A DNA stretch of 62,035 bases, the filler included. It is 5 parts of 5 records of this genome, joined end to end, with 100 filler letters (N's around TTAATTAATTAA, not from the genome) between each part and the next. Parts side by side here need not be neighbours in the genome. Positions count along the whole stretch, not along the records: positions 41,021 to 54,623 come from SRR20825019_178; positions 54,724 to 62,035 come from SRR20825019_188; 3 more parts are not named here. One strand, written 5' to 3'. The notes under the pieces are model-generated. The model was given only the letters and a program-made list of their open reading frames with translations. It was not told where the DNA came from and did no database searches. Below, piece after piece: positions 45,271 to 55,666 of the stretch. Each line of letters starts with the position of its first letter. Positions within the stretch are counted from its first letter, which is position 1. Both the position numbers and the translations under genes were made by a program.

Positions 45271-45858
45271 CTAGCCTCCATAAGTGATGCGGTCCGAGTA
45301 CGTTTTAGGCATCACTACCTTGGCTACGCCCCCGTTGGCAGCGTCGATATCTCTTAGCGGGCTCCATCCACTGTACGCCATCAGGTGGTAACGCACCAGT
45401 ACGGTAACAGTGGGATTCCCGATGAGAGAATCAGACACGGCATCCTCAATCATGTACTCTGCCGCGTCCTGGAGAGTGACAACACCGTTCTCTGGGCTCG
45501 TGATGATGTGGTCAAGAATCGTCAGTTCATTTCTTGCAAACTGAGCGGTGGCATATTGTGCCACAAGCATGACGAATATTTGCTTTGTGTTACGACCAAA
45601 ACATGGCCTGAAGTCGATTGTACCGTTGACGGTGATGATTGAGGCATCCACAGGCCCCTTGCCTCCCTGTCGGGCGTTACTCATAATGCGAACTACCCCC
45701 TTAACGCCCGTTGTAATATTCGCAGTGGGGACTCCTGGTTCGATAAAATCTGCTACTATGTGGCTACCGGCCATACACAACGCTACCATGCCAAGGGTGC
45801 TAATGAGGAGCGTAAGCAGGTACCCTGCACGGTCAAAAATGGCATGGGCAGAAGGCAT
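45271..45858 (-). CDS. Signal peptidase complex subunit SPC22/SPCS3
   Basis: N-terminal TM, DFRPCFGRNTKQIFVMLVAQY, NELTILDHII. Confidence 0.82.
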   Translation of the reverse strand: MPSAHAIFDRAGYLLTLLISTLGMVALCMAGSHIVADFIEPGVPTANITTGVKGVVRIMSNARQGGKGPVDASIITVNGTIDFRPCFGRNTKQIFVMLVAQYATAQFARNELTILDHIITSPENGVVTLQDAAEYMIEDAVSDSLIGNPTVTVLVRYHLMAYSGWSPLRDIDAANGGVAKVVMPKTYSDRITYGG

Positions 45859-45975
45859 GATGACTAACACGAAAACAATGTAATGATCAGTGAACTTCAA
45901 TAATGACAGCGTAAATTCAAAATCAAAAGCGAATTAATGTTGTGTACACAAAACATACAAGTCTACAGTTTGGTA

Positions 45976-48900
45976 TTACTGCTCCCCCTCGGGACTTTTC
46001 CATAGTACCTTCTCCCACCTCATTCGTTGTTCGGCCAAGTACTCTTGTCGCCGCTGCTCAGCCCTAGAAGCATGATGTGCAAAGTTAAAGCTAGCAGTAC
46101 TTGACGCCCGAAGGGCGGTTGACCCTCTAGGAGATGGGGCGGCAGGTGGGATGTAGCCGACACTCCGCGCTTTTGCAGAGAGTGGCCGAGTGGGAAAAAA
46201 TGGTGCGGATGTCACAGACTTTCGCACCCTCGCTGTGACAGGTCGCTGTGGAACAGTAACACTTCCAATGCTGTTAACATTCTGACCTCCTTCAGTCTCT
46301 CCTAGCCCTAAGTCCGGTGTGCCTTCAAGATCCGACCCATCATCAGAAAGAAGGAAGAATGCTTGAGATTTGGCCGCATACAGCTGCCCCCCTGTCGACT
46401 CCTTGGCCAGGGGTACATCCGATTGACGTCGGTTGGATGATATTCCTAGCGTCTGGACAGGGGACTGTCCAGCGAGTTGAAGAAGGTCAACTCGCATGGA
46501 AAGTACGTTGTTGCACATATCGTGCCACATGGGATGCAATACGGTGTCCACAATTTGTGCACTATTCGAACCACTTACCATGTTGGAATTGTAGAAGATT
46601 GACGAAGTGGTGTGAATACCCCCACGTGCCTGGATGTCACTAGAAGGGGTCTCAGGCTGTATTGCCTTCAGTTCTGGTTCTTTGGTGTCACTAGATGTTG
46701 TAAGTTTAGTGCACTCATCGACCTGTAAAATGTCAGTCTGTGTAGAGCGGCTTTCATATAATGATGTGAATTGAAGTGAAGGAGTGGTTGGGGTGTTGAC
46801 TTCCCGAATGGACATGGGAATCACAGAAGTTGTACGCTTCAATACGCTCTGCCTTCGTGGTAATGTAGATACAGACCGGCCCCTGCTCATTGTTGGCTTT
46901 ACATTCCCCGAGGAGGAGCTATTTTTTCGCCGCCTGTTTTTAGAGGGTGTAAACACTATATCCTCCTCGTTGGGAACCATACCTACTTTAGAGCTAGCGT
47001 TGGAGTCAGTGTCGCTTGGTAATTCAACCTGCACAACATCCGATAGTCCGGAGGGTACTGGGCTCACAGCGGATGAGCGTCGACTGACCACAGGTTTCAC
47101 ATTTAATGTCGTGTCTAGTGACTTTGCTGCGTTGTAACGCGCCTGCAATTGGCGGTACTGTTTCCCTTGGGCCTCCAGCGCTAAGGCATGACTGTTGTGA
47201 ATCTGCATAATCTCCACATCATGTGCCTCTCGTACCATGTCGTGTTGTCGGAGTAGGTCTTCGATGCACACGTCATATTGGGCATCCCTATCACATATCT
47301 CCATACACTTCTCTTCAATTGAACGTGATAGCTGCATCTTCCAACGTGACTGTCTATCAGCTGATCGTTGCTGTTGCTTTGTAAGATCTCGAAGGTGCTT
47401 AAGGGCTTGCTTCTCTAGTGCCCGTACGTGATCCTTCTCAAGGTTATCGAGGCGAGTGTGTAGATCACGGATTATACCCTCATAGTGGGTCTTAACGTTG
47501 GCAAGCTGCTCTTCATGAACTTGCCGGGCCCGTTGCGTGGCGACTGTCTGATGTTGCGACACGGACGCCTGTAAAACCTTAAGATGCCTCTCAGCCTCAG
47601 ATTGCTTTCGGTTACGGTTGCGATCTGACTCCTCAGCGGCCTTTCTGGCATTCCATTCCTCTTCGTGTTTAGCATCCAATTGTTCGATGGAGGTTTGAGG
47701 CAGTAACACAATAGCAGGAATGAACATCCCGTCGAACGTCCAGTGCATACGGGGAGCGGTTGCATTTGAGACGATGGCCCCATCGGGGACCCTAGACGGA
47801 GGCGAAACTGACGAGTTACTGGGGACGTTATTATCACAGTCCTGGTCGCCGGCTGCTGGTTTGTACACGCCCGACGACACGCTTTCCACAGGTGATCCAG
47901 CCCCAGGGAACTGCACAGTGCTTGCCCTGCTTTTTGGAAGGGTAGAGCTGTGTATTGCGTCTACCAACGGGGACATGTCGGCATCGACTGTAGAGTTCAT
48001 CGAGGGGGAATCCTCCAACAGCCCAGCCGAGAGCCTTGTAGCCGTTCTACTCCGTGGCACCATAGATGCTCGTGACTTGGAGGGCCGTAGGGACTTACCA
48101 CCATCCTCATTGTCCTTTTCAATGTGAAAGATACTCTTACTGCGGGTTATAGACGGCTGGTTGGTCCGCTGGTCGCCACCCACATTGCGTTGGAGGTCTT
48201 TGAAGGCAGACCGTACCTCATCGTATTTCCCTGTTAACTGCCGCACGGACTCCTGCGCGTTGCCAAGGGCCTTAATGAGCTCAGATCGTTGCTCGGCAGC
48301 AAGAGCTTCCCTTGACTCTAGCTGTCTACGGAAGATGTCCATTTGCTCCTCGGCCTGCTCCACTCGGAACACATTACTTGCCCCAGTCAGTATATCCTGC
48401 TGTAACAGCCGATCATATACAGCGACAACCATCTCCTCCACCATGGTATCCATGCGCTTCGTGTTGTTCTCCTCAGAGAAGTACTGTTCGTAGCCATCAA
48501 GTTGAACAGCGGTATCCTGTAGACTACCCACCACACGTAAGTGTTGAGTTTGCTTCAAGTATGGCGTAGTTGCGACGCTGTCAACCACTCCACGGAATAA
48601 TCCCCCCACCTCATTTGACTCGTAGTGCCTGGCAGGGACTTCACCTTCCTCATCTGTGTCGTCATCAATCGATAGGGTGGTCTCCGTCGCACGCCCAGTA
48701 TTGGGATCTACAGCAATACGCCTTCTGAGTTTAGACACGCCATGAAACACAGAGTTCGAATCGGCTTGGGGAACCACTACTTGGAAAGCAGACTTGATTG
48801 AATGGCGGGTGGAGGTGTTGGTCATTACCGATGCAGCCGCTTGTACTGCAGAAGGACGCCCGGTAGCCATTGATATAACCTTAGCCTGACTAGGGAGAAA

Positions 48901-49428
48901 TGCTCCAAGTGGCGCATGGCGGATGCCTTGGAGTCGTTGCTTTGCTCGGTACGCAAGTGTTTCTACCTTAATTTCGTCGGCAATTTGCTTCCGAAACGAC
49001 TCCATACACGTACGAACTACAGAGCCAACACTATTGCGCGTATTCCGGTCAGTCGCCTCAATCGACGATATCAGCCGGTTGCTTGAGTAGTAGAAGTCAC
49101 CCTTCCCAGCAAGTAGCTGATGTTGAAGCGGCGCGCAGTATCCATTCATAATAGCCTCCTTCTCTATAATGCGCGGCTTCTCCGCCTGGCGGGCAGTAGC
49201 AAGACGCGATGCACCAGTCGCATCCATTCGGTTGGCCACAGCGCTACCATCTGTGTATTTGGGAAGTGGGACATGTCGATACAAACGAGCAATTATCTCA
49301 TCATCTGTTTCTTTTTTCACACTTCTATATTCATTAAGCAGCTCTACGTCGCTCCGACACGGCTCTGTCTCTGAGCCGTTCAGGCGACAATCATCTAGAA
49401 GCTCCGACGCAGCCACATCTGAAAGCAT
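45976..49428 (-). CDS. Hypothetical 1150-aa coiled-coil / Ser-rich protein
   Basis: Long uninterrupted ORF on the array strand with two coiled-coil regions. Confidence 0.8.
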   Translation of the reverse strand: MLSDVAASELLDDCRLNGSETEPCRSDVELLNEYRSVKKETDDEIIARLYRHVPLPKYTDGSAVANRMDATGASRLATARQAEKPRIIEKEAIMNGYCAPLQHQLLAGKGDFYYSSNRLISSIEATDRNTRNSVGSVVRTCMESFRKQIADEIKVETLAYRAKQRLQGIRHAPLGAFLPSQAKVISMATGRPSAVQAAASVMTNTSTRHSIKSAFQVVVPQADSNSVFHGVSKLRRRIAVDPNTGRATETTLSIDDDTDEEGEVPARHYESNEVGGLFRGVVDSVATTPYLKQTQHLRVVGSLQDTAVQLDGYEQYFSEENNTKRMDTMVEEMVVAVYDRLLQQDILTGASNVFRVEQAEEQMDIFRRQLESREALAAEQRSELIKALGNAQESVRQLTGKYDEVRSAFKDLQRNVGGDQRTNQPSITRSKSIFHIEKDNEDGGKSLRPSKSRASMVPRSRTATRLSAGLLEDSPSMNSTVDADMSPLVDAIHSSTLPKSRASTVQFPGAGSPVESVSSGVYKPAAGDQDCDNNVPSNSSVSPPSRVPDGAIVSNATAPRMHWTFDGMFIPAIVLLPQTSIEQLDAKHEEEWNARKAAEESDRNRNRKQSEAERHLKVLQASVSQHQTVATQRARQVHEEQLANVKTHYEGIIRDLHTRLDNLEKDHVRALEKQALKHLRDLTKQQQRSADRQSRWKMQLSRSIEEKCMEICDRDAQYDVCIEDLLRQHDMVREAHDVEIMQIHNSHALALEAQGKQYRQLQARYNAAKSLDTTLNVKPVVSRRSSAVSPVPSGLSDVVQVELPSDTDSNASSKVGMVPNEEDIVFTPSKNRRRKNSSSSGNVKPTMSRGRSVSTLPRRQSVLKRTTSVIPMSIREVNTPTTPSLQFTSLYESRSTQTDILQVDECTKLTTSSDTKEPELKAIQPETPSSDIQARGGIHTTSSIFYNSNMVSGSNSAQIVDTVLHPMWHDMCNNVLSMRVDLLQLAGQSPVQTLGISSNRRQSDVPLAKESTGGQLYAAKSQAFFLLSDDGSDLEGTPDLGLGETEGGQNVNSIGSVTVPQRPVTARVRKSVTSAPFFPTRPLSAKARSVGYIPPAAPSPRGSTALRASSTASFNFAHHASRAEQRRQEYLAEQRMRWEKVLWKSPEGEQ

Positions 49429-49552
49429 TGTGACTTAAAACCAAACTATTGAGGAAATAAACACGGATATATCACAGCAATGTAAACAATAGTAAGAGTG
49501 ACACGTTAATATTTAGCAATAGCAGAAGTCGTGTGATGAATACATGTTCTAG

Positions 49553-51808
49553 TTACTTTGGTATATCCTGAATACGCTTGATGATATCTGACGTCGAAAT
49601 GCCTCCTGTTCGAGGGGCTACGACGGTAATCTCGGCAAGGAGTCGGGCTGCAATGTAGTAGATATCGCCGTCCTTGACATACTCCTGCCCCATCAGTACC
49701 TTAGAGATACCATACCGCACTAGGAAGTGTAACGGTAGCCCCCTATTGGGACTGTGGGGCAGAACGCGGAATACAGCCTTCCCCCCTATATTGATGGTGC
49801 AGTTAAGGATCTCCCTCATGCGCTCACCCGTGGTCATAACGGGCTTACGTTTATAGGATATGCAGTCCTCATCACTCATGACCCCGACTATGACCCTATC
49901 TGCTACTGTAAGGGCATGTTGGAACATCTTCTTGTGGCCCACGTGGCATAGATCGTAAACACCATCAAGGTAGACATGGACCACTGGGCGGAACATGGGT
50001 GTACCAGAGGCACGGCATGCACGAGCCACGCAGCAAATGCAACCAGCACATTGAACAACTGTGTACACTAATATAATAGTGCCAACAAAGAACACACCAC
50101 ATACAGCCACAAGTGCAAGTAGTAGCCACGAGAATCCAGAAGATGCACCAGAGCTAATAGGTGGCCACTCCCAAGTGAACTTAAGGCACACACATGTGAA
50201 GCCAAGCAGCAATCCAAATAGTGCACCCATGTTGGTCCATTTGTGGGTGAATATGTTACTGCGGAGTGTGGTAGGGAGGATGTTGATAACACGTGTTTTC
50301 ATCCACTCCAGCTGTGCCTTCCTCCAACCGGAGGCGGCCCTCCAAAAGTCTGCCCTGATGCCTAATGCCGATTCGGCCACCATCACGAGTGCTACTATCG
50401 AGTAGAGTACACCGCTGATAAACATACGGGACCCGTTCTGAATTGGTCGGTGGCGACTAAGTGACGAGGAGTCCGCTAAAAAGATAAGCAGGATTGTTGT
50501 TAGGAACACCAATTTGTGTATGATTGGTATAACTATGCTACGCACCGAATCCACATGCTTGGAGGGGGTGCGATCGATACCATCGCTGAATTGCCCAGGC
50601 CTGGGAATGTCTATACACCCACGTGTATCCTTACATCCGGCCGCCTCCCACATCTGTTGGAACGTTGTGGATACTGCACGAAGCTTAATAACCTGACCTT
50701 CTCCCTCAGAGGTAACTTCCACGTCAGGGGTTCGGAGTAGCTCCGCAGGGCGTGGTTCGATGCGGGAGTCTACGAAGTCCGCCACGACATTCGCACACTC
50801 AGGATCCGTTGCCTTGGGTACCGTAGATACGACCCATTGCTTACACACCACCAGTGTAAGGAGATGAATGAGGGCAAATGCCACAAGGCAACTGTTCAGC
50901 ACCTCATTGGATATCACCATTGTGAATGATGTAGGCACCGCTGATGGGGCATACTCCTGAATTACCAGTCGGTAGAATAGAGACCCGACAACTGCGCCGA
51001 GAGTAATCAGGGGCTCGATCACAGTAGAGAGGGATTGGTTGTATGATATCGTCCCTGCCTTAATCAGCGACGACACCGAATTGTCTCCATTGTGAGCCCG
51101 CTGCCTACGAATAGCTGCCGGAGCTAATGCAAATGTGATTGCACTGACCACATCGCACACCACTGATATAAATACAGATAACGTCATGCACCCCAATAAT
51201 CCGATGGCAATTACAGTTGGTGCTACCGACATGGCTCCCGTTGCAGTGCTTTCCATAACTGGGTTTACCACTGTCAAACCGGCGTATGCAGCAACAGAAA
51301 GGCACAGACAGATGGTCGAGACCGTCTTGGCTGTGGAGCTATACAAGTAAAAACTAGTGAAGTGAAAGGGGTAGAAACGGTCTGTCGATCCCCCAAACAC
51401 CGGGTACTTGTCCATTGTATCCTCCTTTGCGGCCTTATGGGCATTACCAAATATTAGTTCCATGGGGAACATTGCTTCTGGGCCAGCGGCATTAAGGGCA
51501 CCACCTGGTAGCTGTGCCCTGAAGAGGCCCTCCAATGCCGAGAACGTCTGGGCGGCACGGGATGGGTATTCTGGTAGGTAGAAGGGGAAACCGATCGGAT
51601 CGGGGGGAGGAGATACAAACAAAGCATCGAACTGCTGCTTTGGCATCAACAGCTTGGTTAAATGTGAGGGCTCTGATGCTGCAGGCATCGCATCATCAAA
51701 CGTTGTGGAAGTAACACCGTCGAGCACATCAATGGGGGTAACAGCAGCTGCCACCATCCGGAGAGCAGCAGTGGAAACCTTCCACAAAAGGTGCTCGGGA
51801 TCGCTCAT
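49553..51808 (-). CDS. Multi-pass membrane protein with C-terminal cytidylyltransferase domain
   Basis: About eight hydrophobic segments, then VYLDGVYDLCHVGH, GVMSD..YKRKP and RTGGISTS. Confidence 0.82.
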   Translation of the reverse strand: MSDPEHLLWKVSTAALRMVAAAVTPIDVLDGVTSTTFDDAMPAASEPSHLTKLLMPKQQFDALFVSPPPDPIGFPFYLPEYPSRAAQTFSALEGLFRAQLPGGALNAAGPEAMFPMELIFGNAHKAAKEDTMDKYPVFGGSTDRFYPFHFTSFYLYSSTAKTVSTICLCLSVAAYAGLTVVNPVMESTATGAMSVAPTVIAIGLLGCMTLSVFISVVCDVVSAITFALAPAAIRRQRAHNGDNSVSSLIKAGTISYNQSLSTVIEPLITLGAVVGSLFYRLVIQEYAPSAVPTSFTMVISNEVLNSCLVAFALIHLLTLVVCKQWVVSTVPKATDPECANVVADFVDSRIEPRPAELLRTPDVEVTSEGEGQVIKLRAVSTTFQQMWEAAGCKDTRGCIDIPRPGQFSDGIDRTPSKHVDSVRSIVIPIIHKLVFLTTILLIFLADSSSLSRHRPIQNGSRMFISGVLYSIVALVMVAESALGIRADFWRAASGWRKAQLEWMKTRVINILPTTLRSNIFTHKWTNMGALFGLLLGFTCVCLKFTWEWPPISSGASSGFSWLLLALVAVCGVFFVGTIILVYTVVQCAGCICCVARACRASGTPMFRPVVHVYLDGVYDLCHVGHKKMFQHALTVADRVIVGVMSDEDCISYKRKPVMTTGERMREILNCTINIGGKAVFRVLPHSPNRGLPLHFLVRYGISKVLMGQEYVKDGDIYYIAARLLAEITVVAPRTGGISTSDIIKRIQDIPK

Positions 51809-51910
51809 GGACACTTTAGCGTACAAAGAGGGGTAACCAACTAGAAATACTGGTATACAACTTATACAATAACATTAAATGCGCTTGATCAGGTATTCAG
51901 AAAATGTAAT

Positions 51911-52708
51911 TTAGATTTTCCACTTCATGGGAAGTGGGAGGTCGTCCTCTCGTTGCCGGAGCTCCTCTAGGCGTTTGGGTCCATCAGAGGAGTAAACCCG
52001 CTGGTTAAACAGCACCTTGGAGTACACTTGGAGGAGGTCGTCGATATCATAGTAGCGGCGCTCGATGGCCCTCAGCTGTGTTTCTACGGAATACTTATCC
52101 TTGAGGGTGTTGAGGTGGGCGTTCCTTAGCTTTGTCCTCTCCTGGTAGTACCTCTCGATTTCGGCCAAGAAATGCTTATCGTTCCCAACTAGCTTCGACT
52201 TCACATCCACGGGAATACCTGCTGAGCGCTTACCCTCGGCCTTGTTGACTTCATCCGCGACTAGCCTCCTAAACATCTCAGCGGGGGAGAAGGCCTCGGC
52301 GGCAGAGTCCATCCTCAAGTGGACATGCTCGCTAAATGTGTCACCGGCCATGCTAGCCAGCACCTCCTCGTCCGTAGGATGTATGGATGTTAGCTCCCCC
52401 CTTGTGGGGATGTACTCCCCCATCGGTAGGTCCTGGACGGTAGGGTCGAAGTACTCCCACAGGGACCACAACTGGGGTACCACCCTCTCATTGGTAACGG
52501 GGCCGGATACCGATATGTCGGCCAAATCGTGGAGCATGCTTGCATTGGGAATAATGTCCTGTACCAGGCGATCCATCCTATTCACGGGTGCCCGTGGCGG
52601 TTTGCGATACCTAGATACTTGTACCATACAAACTATGGAAGTACATAGTACCAGGATGACCAACAAGGCGGTGAGGGCGGATCCTCCTTGGCGGGGTAAT
52701 TTATTCAT
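51911..52708 (-). CDS. Hypothetical single-pass membrane protein
   Basis: N-terminal hydrophobic anchor, helical C-terminus. Confidence 0.7.
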   Translation of the reverse strand: MNKLPRQGGSALTALLVILVLCTSIVCMVQVSRYRKPPRAPVNRMDRLVQDIIPNASMLHDLADISVSGPVTNERVVPQLWSLWEYFDPTVQDLPMGEYIPTRGELTSIHPTDEEVLASMAGDTFSEHVHLRMDSAAEAFSPAEMFRRLVADEVNKAEGKRSAGIPVDVKSKLVGNDKHFLAEIERYYQERTKLRNAHLNTLKDKYSVETQLRAIERRYYDIDDLLQVYSKVLFNQRVYSSDGPKRLEELRQREDDLPLPMKWKI

Positions 52709-53093
52709 ACTAGAGACTGGGTATAACGTTTAAATAAAATCAATCAACAACAGTCATTTATTCAACAGCACATCCCTGGCACTCAGACCGGGGATGAACT
52801 CAACTGTTTGGCATTTGACACACAATAGGTAGTTTACCCATCTCAGCGAGGCCTACACCTGGTCTCAGCTCTGGATGGTAACAACAAAAGGAACCCCCCT
52901 GTCGTAACTGGAAATGAAGGATTGGTACACACATATATACACACACGCAGTTGGAAAACTAAGAGCGGGGGAAGCATCAAAAGGAAGCACCCTTGGCACT
53001 GGGGCCTGGGAGCTGAGGGTGGGGTGTAATAAAAAAGCGATGAAAGGAACGTGTGTGTTATAGTGATAGTCTCGGATGGGGTGGGTGGTTGGT

Positions 53094-53936
53094 CTACTTA
53101 GACTTCTTGAAAGAGGGCATTGCCTGCTGCTGGCTACGGGGACGTGGGGGGTCGAAAGCGGCGGGGGTGCGACGCTTCGTGGGAGTAGGGAAGTCAGCCT
53201 TGTTCACAAATTCGGCACTCTCCACACGGCGGTGGGTAGGGCGGACGTGGACGTGGACGGGGCGCTGCATATGGTTGAAGTTGCGCTCCCACCACTGGGC
53301 TGCCTCGTGGCACCACTCAGTGACGTACTGGAACACTGACAGGTCAGCGGGGCAGGGGTCCTCAACGCTCATCTTCTTACCGGAGGACAATTCATGAGTG
53401 AAGTAGAAGTTACTCTCGTGAATCTTCTGGATGTAGGTGTTGGCAAGGTAGATAAGGTGGTTGTTGGCTTCGTCCATGGACAATCCGTTTGTGTTGACAA
53501 GTACCTCGTAGGTGCTCTCCGCGGGTGGGGGAGGAGGCATGAAGGGGCTGTTGTTGCGTACGGGCTCGTCAACCTGAGCGGGGACAGCCTGGACCTGGTA
53601 ACCCTCGTAGTTGTTGTTGTATCCGCTGTTGTTAACGAAATACACGGAAGCGTCGCGCACGGGGGCGGCGCGCTGATGAGGGAGGAGGTCGACCTTAGTG
53701 TTACGGCTGCTGTAGGGGTAGTTGACGTATAGCTTGTGGTCTGGCTGCTTCTGCTGAACTTCGGTCACCACTGAGATCTCAACTTGCTCACGGCAGTTGG
53801 GGCTCAAAAAGTCGATGAAAGTGGACGGCTTGGCGGTTGTGTCGTTCTCGAAGATAGCTTCGGATGCGGCCCTTCCCTCCTGGAAGTAGGTGTCCTGGTG
53901 GCACAGGAGGCTCTCAGTCGTGTTCTGGCGAGACAT
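53094..53936 (-). CDS. Hypothetical protein
   Basis: Continuous ORF with strong codon bias; folded-looking motif PCPADLSVFQYVTEWCHEAAQWW. Confidence 0.7.
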   Translation of the reverse strand: MSRQNTTESLLCHQDTYFQEGRAASEAIFENDTTAKPSTFIDFLSPNCREQVEISVVTEVQQKQPDHKLYVNYPYSSRNTKVDLLPHQRAAPVRDASVYFVNNSGYNNNYEGYQVQAVPAQVDEPVRNNSPFMPPPPPAESTYEVLVNTNGLSMDEANNHLIYLANTYIQKIHESNFYFTHELSSGKKMSVEDPCPADLSVFQYVTEWCHEAAQWWERNFNHMQRPVHVHVRPTHRRVESAEFVNKADFPTPTKRRTPAAFDPPRPRSQQQAMPSFKKSK

Positions 53937-54088
53937 AATTTCTTGTTGCACTTAGAGCTTCACTTTAATGGGAAGTGAAAGATAGGAAATCACAGCATCA
54001 CTTAGTTACAAAGACATATCATTTAAATAAAACTTTACAGCAACATATGATTGTATTTTAATGTACGCATAACTAAAATGATGGATCT

Positions 54089-54623
54089 CTACATCTGTGG
54101 AGTCCGTGTCTGCATCATTCGCCGCTTCTCAGAGAACAGCTCGTTAATATCTTTCAGTGCTTCTTCCCCTCGCTCAATTTCGGTGGATTGAAGCCAGTCG
54201 GACAATTTTTCATCTGGCTTACAAAAACCGAACAGCCAATGGGGTGTGGCTGAAACAGGCATACACGAGGCCATGAAGCTCCGGACGGAAATGGGAGGCA
54301 GTAGTCGCTCTGCTTCGGTACCATCTTCGTTTCTACGAGTGGTTACCCTACGAACTCCTGACCACATACCAACAAGCCTATCAACTACCAATGCGTGCAG
54401 TGTTGTTGTTGTCTGGGCTGCTGTGAACGTTTCACGATGAAGTGTAGTTGTTGGGTCGGCACCTTCAGACAATGGAAGTCCTAGAAGTGATGCAGCGCTG
54501 ATGAGAGCGCTGCGGGGGGTGCGTATGTTAAACTGCCTGTGAGGCACCATCAATTCACCAAGTAGCCGGTGGCACAATGTTCGGAGCAGCTCGTGTTGAA
54601 GCGGCTCCACGAGGTCCGAGTTA
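54089..54623 (-). CDS. Hypothetical protein, 3' part
   Basis: ORF open towards the contig end on the array strand. Confidence 0.55.
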
Positions 54624-54723
54624 NNNNNNNNNNNNNNNNNNNNNNNNNNNNNNNNNNNNNNNNNNNNTTAATTAATTAANNNNNNNNNNNNNNNNNNNNN
54701 NNNNNNNNNNNNNNNNNNNNNNN
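54624..54723. other. Artificial contig spacer
   Basis: N-run with TTAATTAATTAA. Confidence 0.98.
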
Positions 54724-54751
54724 TTGTGCTCTACCCCTGAGCTACACCCGC
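54724..54751 (-). tRNA. 5' fragment of a tRNA, most likely tRNA-Gly
   Basis: Reverse strand GCGGGTGTAGCTCAGGGGTAGAGCACAA gives acceptor stem 5' half plus D-arm of alphaproteobacterial tRNA-Gly; anticodon not in the contig. Confidence 0.7.
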
Positions 54752-55113
54752 TCGTGAAACCCGGCCGGGGGTAAATCTGTGACCGGATATGTCGTCTCGG
54801 CGACGACGAGGGCGTATATGGCCCAAGCGGATTTCAAATGCAACAGAGAAATCGCGGGAATTGCGCATTTTTTTATGCCCGCCGGAAAATTTTTGTTTTT
54901 CAGTGCATTACCCGAAATCCGACACGCGTGGGCCGGACCGGAAATCGGCGAACGCTGCTCTTGCGCCCTGCCAGCGGCCGGCAGGGGCCGGGCGACTTGC
55001 CGTGTTGCCGGCCGCCGCATATAGGTCGGTGCAGGCCCGACCCTTGCGGTATTGTTGCATTGATCGCCATTTGGTGCTGAAACAGGCCCCAATTGGAAAA
55101 CGGAACAGCCCTG

Positions 55114-55611
55114 ATGACCAAGACGTCCGACGACGTGTTTGCCTTTCTTGAGGAACGCGGCATTTCCTACCAGAATCATGAGCATCGCCCGGTGTTTACC
55201 GTGGCGGAAGGCGACGATCTGCGCGCGAAAATTCCTGGCGGCCACACCAAGAACCTGTTCGTGAAGGACAAGAAAAGCCGGTATTTTCTGCTCACCGTTG
55301 AGGAATATGCCACCGTCGACCTGAAGACGGTGCACACGCTGATCGGGGCGTCGGGACGGGTTTCCTTCGGCAAGCCGGAACCGATGATGGATTATCTCGG
55401 AGTCGAGCCCGGTTCCGTGACGGCGCTCGGCGCCATCAATGACGACCAGCGCCAGGTCACCTTCATTCTCGACGAACGCTTGATGGAGAACGCGATCATC
55501 AACTGCCACCCCCTGCGCAATACCGCCACGACCTCGATCGGGCGCGATGATCTGATAAGCTTCATCAGGGCAACCGGACACGAGCCGGTTGTCTTGAAAG
55601 TGACGGTGTGA
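55114..55611 (+). CDS. ProX/YbaK-family aminoacyl-tRNA deacylase
   Basis: HRPVFTV, GGHTKNLFVKDKK, LGVEPGSVT, NCHPL.N.AT. Confidence 0.92.
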   Translation: MTKTSDDVFAFLEERGISYQNHEHRPVFTVAEGDDLRAKIPGGHTKNLFVKDKKSRYFLLTVEEYATVDLKTVHTLIGASGRVSFGKPEPMMDYLGVEPGSVTALGAINDDQRQVTFILDERLMENAIINCHPLRNTATTSIGRDDLISFIRATGHEPVVLKVTV

Positions 55612-55666
55612 CACACGATCTTAAATCCAACAAAGATGCGGCCGGCGCGGCCATACGGAGAGAGTG

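Noticed and set aside
54724..54751. tRNA fragment as an att site of an integrated element
   Set aside because: It is the 5' half cut by the contig end; no integrase or duplicated 3' end is visible.
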